Shown here in pieces: positions 56,699-64,000 of a DNA stretch of 64,000 nt. Source of the stretch: an uncultured Gammaproteobacteria bacterium (lineage in GTDB: Bacteria > Patescibacteriota > Patescibacteriia > UBA11705); the NCBI GenBank assembly GCA_964592195.1, contig CAZQEI010000007.1:5082-69081 (forward strand), written 5' to 3'. The notes below the pieces were generated by a model. The model saw only the letters and a program-made list of their open reading frames with translations, was not told the origin of the DNA and ran no database searches. Each line of letters starts with the position of its first letter. Position 1 is the first letter of the stretch. Made by a program: the position numbers and the translations under genes.

Positions 56699-56872
56699 AT
56701 GAAAACGCTGGTAAGTCACATGGTGAAGCTGTTGGCCACTATGATCAGTAACATTTATTTCGAGTTGGTGAAACTCGATGTTGAACTGGCCAGATTAGTT
56801 CTGAGAAGTTTAATTGCCTATTTGGAAGACTTTATTGGTAGTGTGAATTATTTGCTGCTTGGTAATGACTAA
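56699..56872 (+). CDS. small helical protein (58 aa), start overlaps the upstream stop
   Basis: TGATCATGA overlap. Amphipathic sequence. No homology recognised. Confidence 0.35.
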   Translation: MKTLVSHMVKLLATMISNIYFELVKLDVELARLVLRSLIAYLEDFIGSVNYLLLGND

Positions 56873-56956
56873 TTTTAGTGAACAAGAAGGCCCGCCTCTG
56901 CAGAGCAGAGTCGAGGCAGGCCACGTACCGTATGGTAGCGTGGCAGGGAGGTAATT

Positions 56957-57358
56957 ATGCTAAACTTATTCATCAATTTGATTTTCGGACATCTGGTAGG
57001 CGATTATCTGCTTCAGTCAAAGAGTATGGCACTGAAAAAGGGTTTGCCTGGTTGGATCGGCTGGAAGTGGTGTTTGTTTCATTGCTTGGTCTACACTTTT
57101 GCAGTGTGCGCTTTCTTGAAGACTGTAAATCCTCTGGCAATCGCAATTGTATTTCTCAGCCATGTCGCCATTGATCGTTGGTCTCTGGCAGATAAATGGT
57201 TGAAGCTGATTCGTGGTCGAACTTTCTTGGCTGCGTATGCCAGCACTGAACCGACTCGAGAATTCGATATTGCCTTCACTTCAATCGTTTACACGGTAGT
57301 TGATAATACTTGGCATATTTTGATCATGTATTACGGCTTGCTGTTCTTGGTAAAATAA
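56957..57358 (+). CDS. small integral membrane protein (4 TM)
   Basis: GGGAGG RBS. Hydrophobic segments with His/Asp in the loops (FGHLVGDYLLQ, SHVAIDRW). Confidence 0.5.
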   Translation: MLNLFINLIFGHLVGDYLLQSKSMALKKGLPGWIGWKWCLFHCLVYTFAVCAFLKTVNPLAIAIVFLSHVAIDRWSLADKWLKLIRGRTFLAAYASTEPTREFDIAFTSIVYTVVDNTWHILIMYYGLLFLVK

Positions 57359-57361
57359 TAA

Positions 57362-57388
57362 TAACTCGGTTAAAAAGCCGAGTTTTAT
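57362..57388 (+). terminator. rho-independent terminator
   Basis: AACTCGGttaaaaagCCGAGTT followed by TTTA. A second hairpin ACAGCatacGCTGT followed by T6 lies at 57399-57425. Confidence 0.6.
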
Positions 57389-57464
57389 AATAAACAAAAA
57401 ACAGCATACGCTGTTACTTTTTTACTTAGCACTTATTTTACTTATAAACTTACGGACTTGCAAT

Positions 57465-57541
57465 TGGTCGGGGTGAGGGGACTTGAACCTCCGACCTCAC
57501 GCACCCGAAGCGTGCGCTCTAGCCAACTGAGCTACACCCCG
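57465..57541 (-). tRNA. tRNA-Pro (anticodon CGG)
   Basis: Hand fold of the minus strand: C1-G72 acceptor CGGGGTG/CACCCCG, D arm GCTC-AGTTGGCTA-GAGC, anticodon stem CACGC/GCGTG, loop TTCGGGT, T-loop TTCAAGT, A73-CCA encoded. Confidence 0.8.
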
Positions 57542-57665
57542 ACGATAATTTAATTGATAATGGCGGTGCTATGCATCGGATACATGGCGTGCCATCCGTA
57601 GCGCAGGCTTTATCTTGCCCTTCTTCGCATAAAGCTACGAAGGGCATCCTTCGCTGCGCGAAGGA

Positions 57666-57753
57666 TGGTGGGCGGGGAGAGATTTGAACTCTCATGAGGT
57701 TGCCCCCACTGCGCTCTGAACGCAGCGCGTCTACCAGTTTCGCCACTCGCCCA
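57666..57753 (-). tRNA. tRNA-Leu (anticodon CAG), long variable arm
   Basis: GGGCGAG-TG-GCGAAACTGGTAGACGC, anticodon stem CTGCG/CGCAG, loop TTCAGAG, variable arm 17 nt, T arm GAGAG-TTCAAAT-CTCTC, ACCA. One A-C mismatch in the acceptor stem. Confidence 0.75.
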
Positions 57754-57906
57754 TGCAATTTTAAATTCTAAGCACTAAATTTGAAATTCTAAAAAATATG
57801 TGGAGTGCCATTCGTAGCTCGCGTCATTGTTATTGTCACGAACTACTATATTGGTCCTCCTTCGCTGAAGCTACGGAGGACATTCTTCGCTCTAGCGAGC
57901 GAAGAA

Positions 57907-57984
57907 TGGTGGACCTGAGGGGAGTCGAACCCCTGACCTCTGCAATGCGAATGCAGCGCTCTAGCCAAACTGAGCTACAGGCCC
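57907..57984 (-). tRNA. tRNA-Ala (anticodon CGC) with G3-U70
   Basis: Acceptor GGGCCTG/CAGGTCC includes G3:U70. Anticodon stem CTGCA/TGCAG, loop TTCGCAT, T arm AGGGG-TTCGACT-CCCCT, ACCA. Confidence 0.8.
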
Positions 57985-58127
57985 ATGATTTATTGTAACG
58001 TAGCGAAGGTGCTGGGCAAACTGCTTGTCCCGCAGAAACGAAGTGTATGCGGGAAGCTACAGGCCAATGATGTTTGTTAATGGTCGGGCTGATCCCGCTG
58101 AGCGGGACGGCCTCATTTATCTCATGT

Positions 58128-58204
58128 TGGTCGGGCTGACTGGACTTGAACCAGCGGCCTCATGCACCCCATGCATGCGCTCTAGCCAACTGAGCTACAA
58201 CCCG
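58128..58204 (-). tRNA. tRNA-Pro (anticodon GGG)
   Basis: C1-G72 acceptor CGGGTTG/CAGCCCG, anticodon stem CATGC/GCATG, loop ATGGGGT, T arm GCTGG-TTCAAGT-CCAGT, ACCA. Confidence 0.8.
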
Positions 58205-58516
58205 ACGATTGTTATTTGTAGCGAAGGAATGTCCAACCCCGAAGGGGCCCCTTCGGGGCTGCGGAGTCCTCCGAAGCTTTAGCGAAGGAGGAAGCTACAA
58301 CCCGCCGATTCATTAAGTTAATACTAAATTAACAGTATCCAGATTATAAAACAAATAATGATTTTTTTCAAGTGCAGTTAATGTTGTATGTAATATGACA
58401 AGTAAGGTTAGTGACACAGATGTTTTTGATATTTATTGATTTTTTGGGGATGAATAATTTGGTTTGTTATCGACAAAAATGGTATAATAATAACAACTAA
58501 AGATTAATGATTTAAT

Positions 58517-60202
58517 ATGCGTTTACCGGATGAAAAAATCTTGGGAGTTTTGAACAAAAATAAAGTTATTACCAATAAAGAAGGCGAAGATTTAATCGCC
58601 AAAGCCGATGAACAAAAAGTTTCATTGTTTGATTATGTAATTGGTAAAGATTTAATTGATCGAGATAAGCTCGGTCGCATGGTAGCCAAGGATTTTGGTG
58701 TGAATTATATTGATTTATCTAAAACAACGGTTGACCCGGAGGTTTTGAAATTGATGCCTGAGATTGTGGCGAAGAAAAGTGTGGCTGTGGTTTTCGGTCA
58801 TGATAAGAACGGTGTTCATTTGGCCGTCAATGATCCAGAAGATAAAGATTTTATAAAAAACTTTTCCAAACGAGTGGATGATGAAGTGGTTGTGTATTTC
58901 GCTGATATGGAATCTTTGGGTCATGTTTTGAATCAATTCGCCGCACAGGTTGGAGATGAAGACTTGGAGAAATTAATTCGGGGTGCAGGTGAAGGCGAGG
59001 GCAGCCAGGGAAAAGATTTACCGGTAATTAAAATTGTCGACCGTATTTTAGCTTTGAGTTACAATAACAAAGCCTCAGATATTCACATTGAACCATTTGA
59101 TGAAGTCACCTATATTCGTTTTCGCATTGATGGTATCTTGCATGATATTATTTCCATCCCAAAAAACCTGGAAGATTTGATAGTTACTCGTATTAAAATA
59201 TTAGCCAGGTTGAGAACCGATGAACATCGAGCCGCACAAGATGGTCGTTTACGCTTTGTCGTAGATGGTGCAAAGGTAGATGTCCGTGTTTCTATCGTGC
59301 CAGTGATTCACGGAGAAAAGATTGTTATGCGGTTATTGTCTGAACGTTCTCGACAATATGATCTGGAAAATTTAGGATTCAGTCCGGCGGATTTGAAAAA
59401 GATTCAAAATAATATTGATAAGCCGTGGGGCATGATTCTGGCCACCGGACCAACCGGTTCGGGTAAAACCACTACCTTGTATGCCATTTTAAAAAAACTG
59501 TATAGTCGTGAAGTAAACATCTCGACGATTGAAGATCCGGTGGAATACGACATGGAGGGGATCAATCAAATTCAAGTAAATGCTGCCACCAATCTAACTT
59601 TTTCTGATGGTTTACGAGCCATTGTTCGTCAAGATCCCGATATTATCATGGTGGGAGAAATTCGTGATCAGGAAACTGCTAGTATAGCCATTAACTCCGC
59701 TATGACCGGACATTTAGTTCTATCAACATTGCATACTAATGATGCTCCTACCACCTTACCGCGATTGTTAGATATGGGAATCAAATCATTTTTAGTGGCG
59801 TCAACTGTTAATATTGTAGTTGGGCAACGTTTAGTGCGTAAAATTTGTACCGAATGTAAATATCAGACGCATGCGAGTCCTGAAACTATAAAATATATTG
59901 AGAAACAACTATCATCAGACATTATAAAAAAATTCAAGCTCTTGGATAAAAGTACCCAGTTCTCCTATGGTAAAGGTTGTGCTAATTGTCAAAATACCGG
60001 CTTTAAGGGGCGTCAAGGTATTTATGAGATCATGGATATGACCGAGGAATTAAAAGCTTTAATTATGGAACGCGCTAACGCTTCTATCATTCGCGCCAAA
60101 GCGATTGAGCAAGGCATGACTACCATGGTGGAGGATGGCATCCGAAAACTTTTAGAAGGCATCACCACGGTAGAAGAAGTGTTGCGTGTGACAAGAGAGT
60201 AA
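58517..60202 (+). CDS. pilB: second PilB/GspE-family assembly ATPase
   Basis: T2SSE_N-like N-terminus, Walker A GPTGSGKTT, tetra-Cys CTEC...CANC. Paralog of the 41591 gene. Confidence 0.9.
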   Translation: MRLPDEKILGVLNKNKVITNKEGEDLIAKADEQKVSLFDYVIGKDLIDRDKLGRMVAKDFGVNYIDLSKTTVDPEVLKLMPEIVAKKSVAVVFGHDKNGVHLAVNDPEDKDFIKNFSKRVDDEVVVYFADMESLGHVLNQFAAQVGDEDLEKLIRGAGEGEGSQGKDLPVIKIVDRILALSYNNKASDIHIEPFDEVTYIRFRIDGILHDIISIPKNLEDLIVTRIKILARLRTDEHRAAQDGRLRFVVDGAKVDVRVSIVPVIHGEKIVMRLLSERSRQYDLENLGFSPADLKKIQNNIDKPWGMILATGPTGSGKTTTLYAILKKLYSREVNISTIEDPVEYDMEGINQIQVNAATNLTFSDGLRAIVRQDPDIIMVGEIRDQETASIAINSAMTGHLVLSTLHTNDAPTTLPRLLDMGIKSFLVASTVNIVVGQRLVRKICTECKYQTHASPETIKYIEKQLSSDIIKKFKLLDKSTQFSYGKGCANCQNTGFKGRQGIYEIMDMTEELKALIMERANASIIRAKAIEQGMTTMVEDGIRKLLEGITTVEEVLRVTRE

Positions 60203-60203
60203 T

Positions 60204-61478
60204 ATGGTCAAAAAAACAATAAAACAAGAAAACCCGCCAGAGGCGGATCAGCCTCCGGCTGACAAGAAAGCAATAAAGCAAGAAAATAAAGAATTGAAAA
60301 AGCGTAAAGAATCAAAAATAACTTTTGAAGAACCGCCAGTGGATCTCGATAAGGTTGAAGAAAAGGTTGTTAAAAAAATCAAGGTGGAGAAGCCTTCGGT
60401 TGAGGATGTGGTTAAAAAAGCCAAACAACCGATTTATCTTGGTGGTGTGTCGCGCAAGACGATTTTGTATTTTACTAAGAACTTGTCAATTTTATTGAGA
60501 ACTGGGTCCACGGTTTCAGAATCATTGGAAGTACTCAATGTGGAAGTCAAAGATCAGTTTCATAAGATTTTACAGCAAATTATTGATGATGTGCAACGAG
60601 GGGTGTCTCTTAGTGACGCTCTGGCTGAGCATCCCAAAGTGTTTGCTGAGTTGTATGTAAATATTGTAAAAATTGGCGAGGAATCTGGTAATCTTGAAAA
60701 GAACTTGGAATATCTTGCGCAACAATTGAACAGCTCATATCAACTGAGAAAGAAAATCGTGGGTGCCATGATTTATCCAATTATTATTCTTTCTGGTATT
60801 TTTTTCCTAGGGACAGGTTTGGCTATTTATATCTTGCCCAAGATTAGTCAACTGTTTCGCAGTTTCAAGATCAAACTACCGTGGACAACTAATATGTTAA
60901 TTAGTTTGTCTGATTTTATGCAAAAGCATGGTTTTGCGACATTGATGATTATTATCGCGACCTTTATTGCAGTGGTAGTCATTAGAAGAATAAAAGTGAT
61001 TAAACCATTTTTACATTCCATAGTCCTGAAAACACCGGTAGTCGGGCGTATTTCAAGACATTTCAACTTGTCCATGTTTTATCGTAGTCTTTCCATCTTA
61101 TTGAAAAGTGGAGTGACGATTGATGAGGCATTGAAGGTGGTAAGCAAGACAACTACCAACATGGTTTATCGCAATTTTATTTTAGCCACTTGTACCAGTA
61201 TTAAATCAGGTGAAAGCTTGTATGATATTTTGCATCGTAATAGCAAGCTGATTCCCCCGACAGATTCACAGATCATCAATGTGGGGGAGGCCTCTGGCAC
61301 CATGTCAGATTCATTGTCATATATCGCGGAAATACACGAGGAAGAGTTAAATGATATCACTCGCAACTTATCCAGTATCATTGAACCGGTATTATTCATT
61401 TTCTTGGGTGTGGTGGTGGCGATTTTGGCTATGTCAATTATTACTCCAATTTATTCTATTACCGGTCAATTTAAATAA
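60204..61478 (+). CDS. pilC: second PilC/GspF-family platform protein with about 70-aa Lys/Glu-rich N-terminal extension
   Basis: Two GspF repeats, 3 TM helices. Start overlaps the pilB2 stop (TAATATG). Confidence 0.85.
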   Translation: MVKKTIKQENPPEADQPPADKKAIKQENKELKKRKESKITFEEPPVDLDKVEEKVVKKIKVEKPSVEDVVKKAKQPIYLGGVSRKTILYFTKNLSILLRTGSTVSESLEVLNVEVKDQFHKILQQIIDDVQRGVSLSDALAEHPKVFAELYVNIVKIGEESGNLEKNLEYLAQQLNSSYQLRKKIVGAMIYPIIILSGIFFLGTGLAIYILPKISQLFRSFKIKLPWTTNMLISLSDFMQKHGFATLMIIIATFIAVVVIRRIKVIKPFLHSIVLKTPVVGRISRHFNLSMFYRSLSILLKSGVTIDEALKVVSKTTTNMVYRNFILATCTSIKSGESLYDILHRNSKLIPPTDSQIINVGEASGTMSDSLSYIAEIHEEELNDITRNLSSIIEPVLFIFLGVVVAILAMSIITPIYSITGQFK

Positions 61479-61480
61479 TT

Positions 61481-61909
61481 ATGCATAAAGGTTTTACATT
61501 GTTAGAGATGATGGTGGCGCTGGGAATTATTATCCTCTTGGCCGCTGTGACTGTGCCTTTTTATAACCAAATTTCTTTCTCGCGCACGACTGAATCAGCC
61601 AGAGGAGAATTAACGTCTGTATTACGTTTAGCGGCCAGCCAAGCCTCGGCCAGCCAGAATGATAGCGCTTTTGGTGTCTATATTTTATCCAATCATTATA
61701 TTTTATTCCGAGGCAATAGTTATGCCAGCCGGATAGCAGTAGAAGATCGTAGTTTTGATTTACCTGCGGGAATTACTTTGTCTGGTTTGAATGAAGTGGT
61801 TTTTGCCAAACAAACTGGATTACCCAATGTTACGGGAACGATTAGTTTAATTAATCAATTGGGACAAACCATGACGGTTTCTATAAATTCACAAGGCTTG
61901 ATATATTAA
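61481..61909 (+). CDS. prepilin-type pilin/pseudopilin
   Basis: MHKG|FTLLEMMVALGIIILLA. Confidence 0.8.
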   Translation: MHKGFTLLEMMVALGIIILLAAVTVPFYNQISFSRTTESARGELTSVLRLAASQASASQNDSAFGVYILSNHYILFRGNSYASRIAVEDRSFDLPAGITLSGLNEVVFAKQTGLPNVTGTISLINQLGQTMTVSINSQGLIY

Positions 61910-61910
61910 C

Positions 61911-62795
61911 ATGAAAAAAAATAGTGGTTATAATTTGTTGGAAGTAGTGTTGGCCCTAGGTCTTTTTTTTGTATTAATGACAGGTGTTGCTTTGTTGGCT
62001 TCACGCTATGTCGGGGCTTTGACTCGTGCCGTCGAATTGCAGGATGTGTCACTTATCGCCAGTGAAACGCAGGAAGCTTTGGACAAATTAGCCTCGTCGA
62101 GTTGGGCCAGTTTGACCGATGGTCCACATGGTTTGACTACGTTGGGGAGTGATTGGCAATTGTCAGGTAGTTCTGATTTGATTAATAGTAAATACACACG
62201 GCAGATAACTGTGGCTTCGGTAAATCGCGACAGTAGTTGCAATTTAGTTACCTCGGGCGGTACGGCTGATCCAGATACGAAAACAGTTGTGACCCAGCTT
62301 AGTTGGACAGAGAGAGGTCAGAATTTATCGAAATCTTTTTATTCATATGTAACAAATTGGAGAAGCCCAAGTTCCTCATGTCTGATCGTTGGCCAAGCTG
62401 GTGGTTTGGGATTGAATACTGGTACGGCGACTCGTAATGAATATTTTGATTGGATTAATTTTTTGGTCACAATAGACAATGTTCGGATTACCAATAATTA
62501 TTCTGGGAGCGTGACGATTGACAAAGTTCAAGTATATTTTGATAAACCGGGAATGAAGATTACCAATTTTAAAATCAATGGATCAACTCGCTGGGGATGG
62601 TTAGGTCCTGGCTCTCCGGGAGGCATGCAATCATCGGATGCCATTTTGGATATTTCAAACTATACTTTTACTCAAGGTCAAACTGTTACCGTGAAAATGC
62701 AATTTACCACCAGTTCCTCTGGTCCGATAAATTTTCATATTAAATTCATTATGACTGATTTGAGTGAAGTGGAAACTAATGGTTTTACATTATAA
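61911..62795 (+). CDS. large pilin-like protein (prepilin N-terminus)
   Basis: KKNSG|YNLLEVVLALGLFFVLM. Confidence 0.65.
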   Translation: MKKNSGYNLLEVVLALGLFFVLMTGVALLASRYVGALTRAVELQDVSLIASETQEALDKLASSSWASLTDGPHGLTTLGSDWQLSGSSDLINSKYTRQITVASVNRDSSCNLVTSGGTADPDTKTVVTQLSWTERGQNLSKSFYSYVTNWRSPSSSCLIVGQAGGLGLNTGTATRNEYFDWINFLVTIDNVRITNNYSGSVTIDKVQVYFDKPGMKITNFKINGSTRWGWLGPGSPGGMQSSDAILDISNYTFTQGQTVTVKMQFTTSSSGPINFHIKFIMTDLSEVETNGFTL

Positions 62796-63335
62796 TTGAT
62801 TAAATTTGTGAAAAAAATAGGCATTACATTGATAGAATTGCTAATATACATAGGATTGTCTGCGATAATACTATCTGCGTTGGTTTATGTGACCTTTAAT
62901 TTGCTTGGTGACAATGTTCGTGCTGATGTTATGGCTCGATTAAACGATGAAACCAGCTTGGTAAAAGAACGAATAACTTATTATGTCAATCGAGCTGATA
63001 GTCTGGATGCAGGAAGTATTTATGCTATTAATCCGAGTACTTTGATTGTTAATGATGGAGGGATCTTAAATCGATTTGAAATATATACAAAAACAGTGAC
63101 TATTAATGGCAATGCTATTGATATAAAAAAATTGCGATTTAAATCAGGCAGTGGCGACTACGTTGATCTAACCAGTGACACGGTCACGGTTGACCGATTT
63201 ATTGTGACGGATATGTCAAACAGTTCCATCGGTAGTGTTCGCGTGGATTGGCAAGTGCGCTCTCGCAATGCCGCCGGAGGAAAATATTATAATTCACTTT
63301 ATGCCAATACCTTCTCAGCCACCATCAAAAAGTAA
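62796..63335 (+). CDS. minor pilin
   Basis: KKIG|ITLIELLIYIGLSAIILSA. Confidence 0.65.
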   Translation: MIKFVKKIGITLIELLIYIGLSAIILSALVYVTFNLLGDNVRADVMARLNDETSLVKERITYYVNRADSLDAGSIYAINPSTLIVNDGGILNRFEIYTKTVTINGNAIDIKKLRFKSGSGDYVDLTSDTVTVDRFIVTDMSNSSIGSVRVDWQVRSRNAAGGKYYNSLYANTFSATIKK

Positions 63336-63690
63336 AGGTTTTGTTATGATCGCTTTGGTAATTTTACTGGGTGCGATTATGGCTGTGGTCAGCGTGAGGA
63401 CCGCACTTTTCAGTTTGACCGAGTTAGATGTTTCAACAAAACGACTCGCTACCGAGCAAATTAAACAACAAGCCCAAGGTTGTTTGTCTGAAGCAATTTT
63501 ACATCTACGCAAAAATAGTAGTTTTACCACATCCACGGTAAACATTGGCGGTGGTTCCTGTACCACAACTGTTACCGGCGGCGGTAATGACAGAGTGATA
63601 ACTGTCGTGGCGGTTCAAGGTGTTTACAATTACACATTACATGCGACCGTTACTATTTCTCCCTTTGTGGTGAGTGAGTGGGGAAATTAG
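63301..63690 (+). CDS. minor pilin, PilX-like (start uncertain: ATG 63301 or 63346)
   Basis: SKSKG|FVMIALVILLGAIMAVVSV. Overlaps the upstream gene if 63301 is used. Confidence 0.5.
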   Translation: MPIPSQPPSKSKGFVMIALVILLGAIMAVVSVRTALFSLTELDVSTKRLATEQIKQQAQGCLSEAILHLRKNSSFTTSTVNIGGGSCTTTVTGGGNDRVITVVAVQGVYNYTLHATVTISPFVVSEWGN

Positions 63691-63743
63691 CAGGTAGACA
63701 CGCAAGATTTTGCGTGTCCACGGGTTCCCCACCAAAATAAAAA

Positions 63744-63777
63744 AAGCCTCTGTTTTCACAGGGCTTTTCTGTTTTTT
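63744..63777. terminator. bidirectional rho-independent terminator
   Basis: AGCCTCTGttttcaCAGGGCT between an A-run and a T-run. The stop of the minus-strand gene is at 63776-63778. Confidence 0.6.
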
Positions 63778-64000
63778 ATTGAGCTATAGTACCATTTAAA
63801 TCAGTATCGTAGAGAATTCTTTCTGAAACGTGTCGGTAATTGACGATTTCGTCTGGGGTGAACCAAAGATTGATTTCGCGTTCCGCTTCTTCCACTTTGT
63901 CTGAGCAGTGAATCAAGTTTCGAACTGCGCGTTCGTCATAACTAGCTAAATCATACGAGTCAAGCGTTAAATCACCGCGAATAGTTCCGACATCAGAAGT
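63776..64000 (-). CDS. 3' end of a minus-strand gene (partial, product unknown)
   Basis: Open frame to the window edge; C-terminus ...LWFTPDEIVNYRHVSERILYDTDLNGTIAQ then stop. Confidence 0.4.
   Translation of the reverse strand, partial: TSDVGTIRGDLTLDSYDLASYDERAVRNLIHCSDKVEEAEREINLWFTPDEIVNYRHVSERILYDTDLNGTIAQ

Noticed and set aside
56878-57174. 98-aa ORF overlapping the start of the membrane-protein gene
   Set aside because: It is an alternative frame through a GC-rich hairpin region, and the 56957 frame has a GGGAGG RBS and a coherent TM profile.
58025-58282. 85-aa plus-strand ORF
   Set aside because: It spans tRNA-Pro(GGG) and the GC hairpins on the opposite strand and has no RBS.

Overview
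This is an AT-rich bacterial chromosomal segment with short intergenic regions and many small proteins. It has the architecture of a reduced genome; any assignment to Patescibacteria/CPR or to Firmicutes is inference only. Translation uses the standard code, shown by a 947-aa PolA and a 967-aa IleS with no in-frame stops.

Recognisable housekeeping content: rpsP, a Prs-like PRPP synthetase, polA, a RdgB/Ham1 ITPase, two tandem deoxynucleoside kinases, an ABC-F ATPase, a histidine phosphatase, ileS, a FAD flavoprotein, a Nudix hydrolase, rlmD-like and rlmN methyltransferases, an MFS transporter and a SIMPL/YggE-like protein. RNA genes are tRNA-Cys(GCA) on the + strand and a minus-strand cluster tRNA-Pro(CGG), tRNA-Leu(CAG), tRNA-Ala(CGC), tRNA-Pro(GGG).

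There are two separate type IV pilus / competence-pseudopilus-like loci. Each carries a PilB/GspE ATPase, a PilC/GspF platform protein, prepilin-type pilins, a large pilin-like protein and minor pilins. A block of three tandem 157-aa pilin genes lies between them. No secretin, PilT, PilD or PilMNO gene is in the window. Locus A is embedded in signalling genes: two stand-alone CheY-like receivers, a dCache/PAS sensor histidine kinase, and a CheD-like protein truncated to its C-terminal half.

The segments that no known annotation explains are:
- three tandem paralogous ~400-aa proteins (10678-14678) with conserved termini and divergent repeat-rich cores;
- a tRNA-proximal, GC-anomalous islet (54934-57358) encoding two coiled-coil small proteins, a PPAT(CoaD)-like nucleotidyltransferase fused to a P-loop kinase, and a small membrane protein;
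- a 46-bp near-perfect inverted repeat pair 18.7 kb apart that brackets pilus locus A;
- several families of intergenic repeats. These are arrays of degenerate tandem 9-bp units (GTAACCAGT, CGTATCACG, TTACGAAT types), four ~90-bp TTACGAAT/ATTCGTAA imperfect palindromes placed exactly in promoter positions, clusters of CATTGATCAATG palindromes, and small GC hairpins.
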